Below, piece after piece: positions 38,818 through 46,663 of a stretch of DNA of 64,000 bases (its first letter is position 1; every line of letters starts with the position of its first letter). Source of the stretch: Myxococcota bacterium (lineage in GTDB: Bacteria; Myxococcota_A; SURF-8; G963663525); assembly GCA_963676915.2 (NCBI GenBank), contig CAXXVK010000072.1, forward strand, positions 64,001-128,000. The letters run 5' to 3'. Under the pieces are notes generated by a model that was not told the origin of the DNA, ran no database searches, and saw only the letters and a list, made by a program, of their open reading frames with translations. A program made the translations under genes and the position numbers.

Positions 38818-40346
38818 AAACGCTCCGCAAGCCGGTCGAACAACGGATGTTTCTTGCGCCCGGCGAAAATTTCGGCCTTCGAAAACAGCTTGAGATTGAA
38901 GGTTTTGTAGACATCTTCCATGAACGTTACCGGCAACTCGGGAGAAGCCAGCGGAAACAGGAAGGAATCGAGGTCTTCCAGTCCACGGTCTTCGTACAAA
39001 TGTCGGTATTTGTCGAAATCCTCCGTTCCCGGAATGGGGGTATAGACCCGGATGTCGATCAACACATGTCGCTCGATGATCGCTTTCAGGTCGTCGAGCA
39101 CGTCGTTTTCAGTTTGTCCCGGATAGCCGATCATGATGACCGCGTTGATACGCTGTCGTTCGAATCCTGCTGTCAATGCCGTTTCTACACCGGTATCGAA
39201 GCGCTTAAATAAGTGTCTACGGTGGAATTCGGCGATTTTGTCTTCTCGGGTCGTTTCGAGGGGCATGATGATGTCTTTGAAACCCACGGCTTTCATTTTT
39301 CGAGCCAGATCCATATTAAAACGAGCCAGGGAAAAACCGCTTGGCACGCCAAGGGAAATCCCTCCTTGCAAGTGTATCAACAAATCGAGCAATGCATGGG
39401 CTTGATCGAGATCCAACAATAGATCCGAATCCCAGAAATGCAGTTCACGCAGTCCCCACGCGGAATAGGTTTGCAACTGCTCCAACAGGCTGTCACGATC
39501 TAAAGAGCAGGCCCGGCCTTCCAGTTTACGAACCGCGCAATAGGAGCAATGGTTGTTGCAGCCGTACGAGCTTTTCAAGCTCATTGCCGGGCTTGCATAG
39601 TGTTTCCAGGTGGGTTCGTCGATCCACTGAGCGGCGAGTTCGGCATCCGTGCCGACGATGATTTCGTCCGCGCCGCTGTGCTCGGCATGTTCCGGGCAAA
39701 GGCTTGGATAAATGCCTCCCATCTTGACGTGAGCCGAAGGATAGCGTTCTTTTACCAGTTCGACGGCTTCCCAACTTGTCGGCCAACAGTATGTAAATAC
39801 AGAGGAAATCGCTACTTCTTCCACACCATCGGGAAGGCTTTTAAGTCGCTGCCGGATGTCGTCGGGCATCATGCCGATACGAAACACGGGACGGGCGATG
39901 CCTTCGTTTTCGTAATTGCCGCAGGGAGCCATCCTTCGAACCCGCTCACGACGGAAAAAGGTTTTCCGATTCATGACCGCAGAACCGAGGTTGAAGGCGT
40001 CGAGCAGGTGAACGTCATACCCCTGTTTGCGGTACTGGCTGACCAGTTTCAAGGCGGCAAGCGGAAAATTCGTGACGAAATCGAAGGCGTAGTCCATTAC
40101 CGCCATGGCCGGGTTTTCGAGCGGCGGTACGATAACCAACGCACGTTTCGTTTTTTTCAGCCTGGGAACGCCGGAAAGCGGAACGAAAGAGACACCACTG
40201 CTTTTAGAGATGCTTGTTGGTGGGAAGTTTTCGTGGCTCAGGGGCTTTTTCGTGACGGAATGAGGAGTTTTGGAGTTTTTTTTTTCGTCTCTTGTACAAG
40301 AGCGCCGGGGACTTCCATGCGACCGAAATCTTTCAGACGGTCGCAA
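38814..40346 (-). CDS. Cobalamin-binding-domain radical SAM module, probably the C-terminal half of a fusion with 40238..41782
   Basis: ALVIVPP, ISSVFTY, MGGIYPSLCPEHA, SYGCNNHCSYC, MIGYPGQ, YTPIPGT. No ATG or SD ahead of the domain. A10 run at 40276-40285. Confidence 0.8.
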   Translation of the reverse strand: MRPSERFRSHGSPRRSCTRDEKKNSKTPHSVTKKPLSHENFPPTSISKSSGVSFVPLSGVPRLKKTKRALVIVPPLENPAMAVMDYAFDFVTNFPLAALKLVSQYRKQGYDVHLLDAFNLGSAVMNRKTFFRRERVRRMAPCGNYENEGIARPVFRIGMMPDDIRQRLKSLPDGVEEVAISSVFTYCWPTSWEAVELVKERYPSAHVKMGGIYPSLCPEHAEHSGADEIIVGTDAELAAQWIDEPTWKHYASPAMSLKSSYGCNNHCSYCAVRKLEGRACSLDRDSLLEQLQTYSAWGLRELHFWDSDLLLDLDQAHALLDLLIHLQGGISLGVPSGFSLARFNMDLARKMKAVGFKDIIMPLETTREDKIAEFHRRHLFKRFDTGVETALTAGFERQRINAVIMIGYPGQTENDVLDDLKAIIERHVLIDIRVYTPIPGTEDFDKYRHLYEDRGLEDLDSFLFPLASPELPVTFMEDVYKTFNLKLFSKAEIFAGRKKHPLFDRLAERF

Positions 40347-41782
40347 TAGAACAAATCGTGAAGGCGGTAGTAGACCACGCGATCCACACCCGCTTTCAGC
40401 AGCAGATTGGGGAAATCCCGGTTGTCGGGATCGACGTAAGCCACCACGGTCACGTTGCGTTCAGACAGTCGCTTGATTCCCGCCAGCATGTGCTTGTGGC
40501 CGTTTTCGATGCGGACATACGCATCGTATTCCTCGGGTGTTTGTCCCCACACCGGAACGTGAACCTCGCGAAGTCCCGCTCGCGCGGCTTTTTCGGCCCG
40601 TTCCAGCGTGGCGAAGATCCGGGCGTTGCTGACGGCACAGGCATTGTAGCCGTGCTGTGTGATTTCCTCTAGGATATCAAAAGCTTCCGGGTGTAAGAAA
40701 GGCTCGCCGCCACGTAGCCAAATGTCGGAATAATGAAGCGTTTCGGTGTTCCAAAGCGCATCGAGTTGAGAACGGATGTCCGGTCCCATGGATTCGCTGC
40801 GGCTCTGGCATTCCGGACAGCCGTTGGTGCAACCGGTGTGGAACTCGATTTTTTGGAAATCTCCCAGCGGATACAAGTGGCTTTGGGGGTCCATGCCCTG
40901 CTCGATCATCCGCAAAAACTCCGGCGTCATCATCGGACAACGGGCCTCTTGGTGCCGTGGTGTGAAGAAATGATGTCGTTTGGCACGATCGAGGATGATT
41001 TCCAACGGTTCTTCGCGAATGTTGCCCAAATAGACCGGAACGAAATTACAGGGCTGCACTTCACCATAAGGCGAAATAAATAGCGAACCTCCGCTGATGG
41101 CGGGACAGCCTTCGAAGTCTGGCAGGTTCATACCTTCCGAAACGAAGACGAAGCGGTTGTCTACGTAACGGTTGACGGCGGCTTTTTCTTCGTCGGTAAG
41201 CAGGATGTCGTCGTTGTCGAACCAACTGCCGGATGCCAGCGGATACAACAGACGGATACCATTGACTTTTTTCCGTTTCGCTAGGGCGATCAGCTCTTCG
41301 AGTCGGCCGTCTTTGAGGTGTTCTCGGAAGATACAGGTCGAATAAAACACCGGGATACCTTCGTTTACAAGGATGTCCGTCGATTCCATGATTTCATCGA
41401 ACACGCCTTTACGACGATGCATCTGCTCGTTGAACTCGGGATCGGCGGAAAACAAACTCATATAGAGCAGGCTCAGGCGGGCTTGTTTCAGTTTGCGGGC
41501 GATGTCTTCGGTGATCCGTACACCGTTTGAGTCTAAGGTAAGGTATTGTGTTTTATCGCGAACCGCGTGGAGGATGTCGAAGATATCCTCTCGCAACAGC
41601 GCTTCCCCGCCGAAAAGATTCAGCTCTTTGAGTTTGTGTTCGGACGCGGCCTCGACGACGCGCCGGATTTCCTCGAAGGTCAATTCTCCTTTAGGATCGA
41701 CCGGGTACGAACCTTGAGAGCAATGCACGCAACGACACTGGCAACGATAGGTTACACCCAAAATCAGTCGTTCCAGTTTCAT
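40238..41782 (-). CDS. Tandem radical SAM protein: rSAM + SPASM/twitch + second rSAM domain
   Basis: CQCRCVHC...FGGEALL; GCPA...ISPYGEVQPC...GNIRE...RCP; CTNGCPEC...RGGEPFLHP...SNARIF. ATG at 41782 after GGAG. Confidence 0.85.
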   Translation of the reverse strand: MKLERLILGVTYRCQCRCVHCSQGSYPVDPKGELTFEEIRRVVEAASEHKLKELNLFGGEALLREDIFDILHAVRDKTQYLTLDSNGVRITEDIARKLKQARLSLLYMSLFSADPEFNEQMHRRKGVFDEIMESTDILVNEGIPVFYSTCIFREHLKDGRLEELIALAKRKKVNGIRLLYPLASGSWFDNDDILLTDEEKAAVNRYVDNRFVFVSEGMNLPDFEGCPAISGGSLFISPYGEVQPCNFVPVYLGNIREEPLEIILDRAKRHHFFTPRHQEARCPMMTPEFLRMIEQGMDPQSHLYPLGDFQKIEFHTGCTNGCPECQSRSESMGPDIRSQLDALWNTETLHYSDIWLRGGEPFLHPEAFDILEEITQHGYNACAVSNARIFATLERAEKAARAGLREVHVPVWGQTPEEYDAYVRIENGHKHMLAGIKRLSERNVTVVAYVDPDNRDFPNLLLKAGVDRVVYYRLHDLFYCDRLKDFGRMEVPGALVQETKKKTPKLLIPSRKSP

Positions 41783-41836
41783 GCCTGTATACTCCAAAAG
41801 ATTCGACGAAAAAGCCGATAACGTTCGATTCAAAAG

Positions 41837-41864
41837 AGTATGCGATGATTCGACCGGCTGTCAA
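41837..41864 (-). promoter_or_regulatory. Sigma-70-type promoter of the radical SAM operon
   Basis: TTGACA (41864-41859)-16 nt-CATACT (41842-41837), ~55 nt before the ATG. Confidence 0.5.
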
Positions 41865-42071
41865 GGTACATGGTTAGTAAGCACGAACATTGATTGAAAA
41901 ATGGGGAACAATTCTTCTTTTTTCAGAGAGGAAAATTGGAAAAAGAAGGAAATATCTGCATTTTCGGTGAGAATCGTGTTTGCCTCCTTGATTTCATTCA
42001 TGATTTCCCGATAAATTACTATTAGGTGTTTATGTTCGATTTGTATTGTTGAAAAAAAGGAACAGACGGGT

Positions 42072-43655
42072 ATGTCGGGTTCTATGGTGCAAAAAACATA
42101 TTTCGCGCCAGCCGAGCGGGCTTCGAAAGAAGAAATCAAAGAGGCGTGGCACAAGGTGCTGGATGCTGGTCTTGTATCTTCCGTTCTCGATGCCATGCCT
42201 CAACCGGCCATGATTCTCAATAGCCAGCGGCAAATCATTGCTGTGAATCGGCATATGGTCAAAGAATTGGGGTTTTCCTCCCATGAAGAGGCATTGGGTA
42301 ACCGCCCCGGAGAACTTTTCGGTTGCTACGAAGCGAAAGAAGCTCCAAACGGTTGTGGAACGGGAAAAAATTGCCGATATTGCGGACTTCTTAAAACGGT
42401 TTTAACGGCTACGAAGGCGGATACCGAAGTCGGTGGGGAGTGCTCTGTTCGTTTGGCTTCCGGAAAAGCCATGGAATATCATGTGCTTGCAGCTTTGAAA
42501 AAAATCGACGACCTATCGGTTGTGTTTATTGGATTGCGGGATTTGTCTGCCGAAAAACGCCGGAAAATTCTGGAACGCACTTTTTTTCACGATATTCTTA
42601 ATACGGCTGGTGGTATCAAAGGTTTCATGACGTTGATCGAGTCTGAAAATCCAACCGATGCCAACAAAGAATTCCGTGAATCCATTGCCGCGCTTTCCAA
42701 CGTACTGGTCGATGAAATCCACAGCTACCGTCAGTTAGCCCAAGCTGAAGACGATTCGCTCGTTTTGCACAAAACCACCATTTCCATTCGCCGTTTCATA
42801 GAAAACCTGCGCATTCTCTACAAAGGGCACCAGGTTGCGAAAGGCAAGACGATTCGAATTGCTGTCTTCGATGACCGAAGGCTTCATACGGATCTCTCGC
42901 TCTTGCGCCGTGTTCTGGCTAATATGCTGAAAAACGGTTTGGAAGCCACCCCCGAAGGTGAATCCGTCGTTCTCGACGTTTGTAACGGTGCCGATTTCGT
43001 TGAGTTTTCGGTGGCCAATCCGGGCGTTATGTCTCCCGAAATACAAGCGCAGATCTTTCACCGTTCTTTCAGTACCAAAGGACAGGATCGTGGTTTGGGA
43101 ACCTACAGTATGAAACTGTTGGGAGAACGATACCTCGGAGGCTTAGTGACGTTCGAAAGTCGCCCGGAAATCGGCACCGTTTTCCGTTTTCGACTTCACG
43201 GAGAAACGGCGAATCAGTCGGAAGAAGAGACGCTTGTTCCCGTTGTGGAAGAAAAACAGGATGAGCAGGAAAAACTGAGTCGGATTCGAGTGTTGCTGGC
43301 TGATGATGACCGTTTCAGTCGTACGGTCAATGCCATTATGCTCAAAGACATGGTTGGTTCGGTTCATGAGGCGGAAAACGGCCGGGACGTGTTGAAATGC
43401 CTGCAGCCGGGGATGTTCGATATTGTCCTGCTCGATGTGCACATGCCGGTTATGGATGGTTTGGAAACCGCTCGGGCCATTCGAAAAATGGATGGTTTGA
43501 AGGACTTGCCGGTTCTCGCCATTACCGCCGGGACGTTGGAGGAAGACCGGATTGCTTGTCTCGAAGCCGGAATGAACGATTTTATCGATAAACCGGTAGA
43601 TCCCGACGATCTTCGTCGTAGCCTGATCCAATGGGCTATCGATAAAACCTTCTAA
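42072..43655 (+). CDS. Hybrid sensor histidine kinase (Cys-rich PAS + HK + receiver)
   Basis: GNRPGELFGC...GCGTGKNCRYC, FFHDILN, NMLKNGLEA, FSTKGQDRGLGTY, receiver LLADDD...LLDVHMPVMDG...KP. Confidence 0.9.
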   Translation: MSGSMVQKTYFAPAERASKEEIKEAWHKVLDAGLVSSVLDAMPQPAMILNSQRQIIAVNRHMVKELGFSSHEEALGNRPGELFGCYEAKEAPNGCGTGKNCRYCGLLKTVLTATKADTEVGGECSVRLASGKAMEYHVLAALKKIDDLSVVFIGLRDLSAEKRRKILERTFFHDILNTAGGIKGFMTLIESENPTDANKEFRESIAALSNVLVDEIHSYRQLAQAEDDSLVLHKTTISIRRFIENLRILYKGHQVAKGKTIRIAVFDDRRLHTDLSLLRRVLANMLKNGLEATPEGESVVLDVCNGADFVEFSVANPGVMSPEIQAQIFHRSFSTKGQDRGLGTYSMKLLGERYLGGLVTFESRPEIGTVFRFRLHGETANQSEEETLVPVVEEKQDEQEKLSRIRVLLADDDRFSRTVNAIMLKDMVGSVHEAENGRDVLKCLQPGMFDIVLLDVHMPVMDGLETARAIRKMDGLKDLPVLAITAGTLEEDRIACLEAGMNDFIDKPVDPDDLRRSLIQWAIDKTF

Positions 43656-43688
43656 TCTGCTGCACTTTTCTTGGATGAAGTAGATGAC

Positions 43689-43720
43689 GTAGGTCAGGCT
43701 AGTTTTTTTACCCGACCTGC
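43689..43720. repeat. Single degenerate REP, GTAG family
   Basis: GTAGGTCAGGCTAGTTTTTTTACCCGACCTGC, just downstream of the kinase gene. Confidence 0.65.
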
Positions 43721-43853
43721 TTCGTTGCATTTTGTGATGTCGTAACCTCACCAATCCTCAAAAGATTCCATGCTAGACAATCCTTGACGCTTCCAGTAGA
43801 CTTGAGACACTTTCAGGGAACGGTTCCCGCGAGATGTTCAGGAGGCGCAGGAT

Positions 43854-44702
43854 ATGACGCACGTTGCTCGAAAATGTGGAATGATATCGGTTCTTTTCGT
43901 TTTTCTACTGTTTAACGGCTTTGCGTCGGCGCAGGATGCTAGAGACTTCATTCCGGGGCGAGACAAAAAGCCGACCATCCAGCACCTCGGTCCCTCCAAA
44001 GTGATTCCCGTGAGTTCACGGGACATGTTTTACTACGACGAAAAAGGGCAAAAACGCGAACTGACTCAGGATTTTCAGTTTGTGGGTTGCCAGTTCAAGA
44101 AAGCGTATGCCGACAAACAAAGTCGGTATACCTATTACAAAAACAAAGTGCGCTTGGTGGTTTCCGAACTCAAGGAAGAAGAGTTGCTGGAACGAGGAAT
44201 TTATGGTTTGCGTCTGTTGCCGGGAGCGGATGAAAATAAATGGAACGTGATGGCGGAATGGATGAGGAACGACAAAGAGTTGGATTTCTCCTATCGCGTG
44301 TTCAGTGAAGTCCCGAAAAAAGGTTTTAAGAAACTGATGTTTCTTACGGATCGTATCGAACTGGCCTTTGTTGCCAAACCCGACGAAAAACGGCTGGCTC
44401 AACTCGCCGCCGATTATCCCATAGAGCCGGTCGGTAAACTCGAAGGAAACCGCTTGACGGTGCGTATGCTGGATAAAAAAGAGGACAGCATCAACCTCGC
44501 CAATGTCATGCGCAGAGCCAAAGATATCAGCTATGCGGTGCCGGAATTCATCGAAATTCAAGGACGCCCTGTCACCAAGGAAGATGTGGACAATCTGCCG
44601 CCTATGCCACAGGACATGATGCCCATGCCGGACCCGACCAAACCGCCCCAGCGCAAAATCAATCCTCCCCGAGCGCCACGGAAAAAACCGGGGAAACAAT
44701 GA
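43854..44702 (+). CDS. Secreted protein resembling stand-alone protease prodomain modules, with Pro-rich tail
   Basis: Signal peptide (ASA-Q), TDRIELAF...DSINLANVMRRAKDISYAVPEFI. AGGAGG SD. Confidence 0.55.
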   Translation: MTHVARKCGMISVLFVFLLFNGFASAQDARDFIPGRDKKPTIQHLGPSKVIPVSSRDMFYYDEKGQKRELTQDFQFVGCQFKKAYADKQSRYTYYKNKVRLVVSELKEEELLERGIYGLRLLPGADENKWNVMAEWMRNDKELDFSYRVFSEVPKKGFKKLMFLTDRIELAFVAKPDEKRLAQLAADYPIEPVGKLEGNRLTVRMLDKKEDSINLANVMRRAKDISYAVPEFIEIQGRPVTKEDVDNLPPMPQDMMPMPDPTKPPQRKINPPRAPRKKPGKQ

Positions 44703-45175
44703 ACCGCCTGATTTCCATTGCAGGTATGTTCTTGGTGTTCACCGTCTTTTCTTTTGCCCAGGCGGCGGATACTTCCCACTATCTGGTGCAGGTTCGTTTT
44801 GGGACCGATTCGCTTGAAATTCTCGATAGCTGGCAGAAAAAAGGACCGGCATGTCAAAAAAAACAGGTTACACGTTCGAGGGCTTCCCATCGTCTGGTAT
44901 TGCTCGATGACGCCGGTAAGCAACGGTGGTCTCGAAGGCTGGACGATCCTTTTCGGGTTCGTGTCCCTTTGCCGGAAAATTCCGAACAAAACCATGTTTC
45001 TTCGGTTCCGATTGAAACATCGGTTTTGTTGATCCGGCTTCCCGAGTCGGCGTTGCCGGGGTGGCTGGTATTCGAAAAAGCGAAAGATAGTGGTAACGAA
45101 AACCCTGTGTCTTATGTTGAAGTGGCTAAAGTTCGTGTCGATGCATCCCTGTTGAAACAGAAAACGGACGAATAA
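44699..45175 (+). CDS. Secreted hypothetical protein
   Basis: Signal peptide (AQA-A), beta-rich, ATGA overlap upstream, stop 1 nt before the M64 gene. Confidence 0.7.
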   Translation: MNRLISIAGMFLVFTVFSFAQAADTSHYLVQVRFGTDSLEILDSWQKKGPACQKKQVTRSRASHRLVLLDDAGKQRWSRRLDDPFRVRVPLPENSEQNHVSSVPIETSVLLIRLPESALPGWLVFEKAKDSGNENPVSYVEVAKVRVDASLLKQKTDE

Positions 45176-45176
45176 G

Positions 45177-46643
45177 GTGAGAATCTGCTCGATTATTACT
45201 GTTCTGGTGCTGCTTTTCGCGTTTCAGGACGTTCACGCTGATACCTATCGTTTCGAGACGCTGGAGCAAAACGGCGATCCGTCGAGTACCATCGATCTCA
45301 TTGTGATCGGCGACGGTTACCGCGAGGAGGAACAGGAAGCCTTCGTCGATCATGTGGACAGTTTTTTCAGCGGGATTTTTGCTCAAACGCCCTACAAAGA
45401 ATACCGACGTTTTTTCAATCTGTACCGTTTGCATACGGTTTCGAACGAATCCGGCGCGGATTACGGTGACACCACCGGCGGTGAGGTAGACACGTTTTTG
45501 GATTGCACCTACTACTCGTACGGAATCGAACGTTTGTTGACCTGCGATTCGGCCAAAGCGCAGAGTGTCGCGGCGCAGGTGGCACCCGACGTCGATTTCG
45601 TTTTCATTCTCGTCAACGACTCGAAATACGGTGGTTCTGGTGGCGAAATCGTGCAGACGGCTTCGGTTCATCAGTATTCTACCGAAATCGTCGCCCACGA
45701 GATGGCCCACGATTTGGGTGGGTTGAGCGACGAATACAGTTCCGCTGTTACTCCAGGAACCTATCAAGCTCACGACCACGATCCGAACGTGACGTTCGAG
45801 TCTGAGCGTGACGAGATTCCCTGGACTCTTTGGATCGAAGACGAGACTCCGCTCCCAACGCCGGTGAACGGCAGTTTTTCGGAGTATAAAGATGTGGTTG
45901 GGCTGTTCGAGGGGGCGAGGTATTCCGACACGCCGGGTATGTACGACCAACCGATCTACCGACCGAAATACACCTGCAAAATGCGGGAGTTGAGCGTGCC
46001 GTTCTGTTCCGTTTGTGCAGAGGCGATGATTGGCGGTGTCCACGAACGCACCTATTTGAGCGATCTCGGCCCTGATGCTATCGAGGAAAGCGTATCTCCG
46101 GGAGAGTCGCTTTGGCTCGATCCTCAAGCGAAAAGTCCCGATCCCGATGCCATTTCCACGACGTGGACCATCGATGGCGAAGAGGTTCAAAACTCCGGGG
46201 CGCTCGAATTCGTCGCTGACCAATATGAGGCTGGGCGGCATACCGTGGATGTCCAACTGTACGACCGGACATCCCTGATGCGGAACTCCTTGTTTTCCGA
46301 TATCTCCCGGCAGACGATCTATTGGACGATCACGGTCGAGGGCGACACGCCGGAGATCGATGGCGATACGGACGAGGATTTCTCTGAGTTTCCAGAGGAT
46401 TCCGACACCTCGGAGGAAATGACCGAGCAGGATTCTTCTCACCCCGGCGATCTCGACGAGATAACGGAGTGGGAATGGGAATTTTCCGGGGAGGATACCA
46501 GGGAAGATCGTGAAGAAGGGAAGAAGTCCGGTTCAAGCGGTTGCCGAACGTCCGAGATTGGTTTGCAAGGGTTGATTTTCATTGCAGGTTTGGCGTGCTG
46601 GTTTGGGCGCAGACGTTTGCGACGCGAAAGAAATGCTGGATGA
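45177..46643 (+). CDS. M64-family (IgA peptidase-like) metallopeptidase with acidic linker and MYXO-CTERM-like tail
   Basis: IDLIVIGDGY, SNESGAD, YGGSG, HEMAH...GLSDEY, VGLFEGA, YRP...CKMR...FCSVC; tail SSGC-hydrophobic-RRRLRR. Confidence 0.85.
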   Translation: MRICSIITVLVLLFAFQDVHADTYRFETLEQNGDPSSTIDLIVIGDGYREEEQEAFVDHVDSFFSGIFAQTPYKEYRRFFNLYRLHTVSNESGADYGDTTGGEVDTFLDCTYYSYGIERLLTCDSAKAQSVAAQVAPDVDFVFILVNDSKYGGSGGEIVQTASVHQYSTEIVAHEMAHDLGGLSDEYSSAVTPGTYQAHDHDPNVTFESERDEIPWTLWIEDETPLPTPVNGSFSEYKDVVGLFEGARYSDTPGMYDQPIYRPKYTCKMRELSVPFCSVCAEAMIGGVHERTYLSDLGPDAIEESVSPGESLWLDPQAKSPDPDAISTTWTIDGEEVQNSGALEFVADQYEAGRHTVDVQLYDRTSLMRNSLFSDISRQTIYWTITVEGDTPEIDGDTDEDFSEFPEDSDTSEEMTEQDSSHPGDLDEITEWEWEFSGEDTREDREEGKKSGSSGCRTSEIGLQGLIFIAGLACWFGRRRLRRERNAG

Positions 46644-46663
46644 AAACGAGCAGGTAGGCTCGT

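Noticed and set aside
41861-42196. 111-aa minus-strand ORF as a precursor peptide for the rSAM operon
   Set aside because: It overlaps the kinase gene, runs through AT-rich promoter DNA, ends at the putative -35 box and shows no precursor-like motif.
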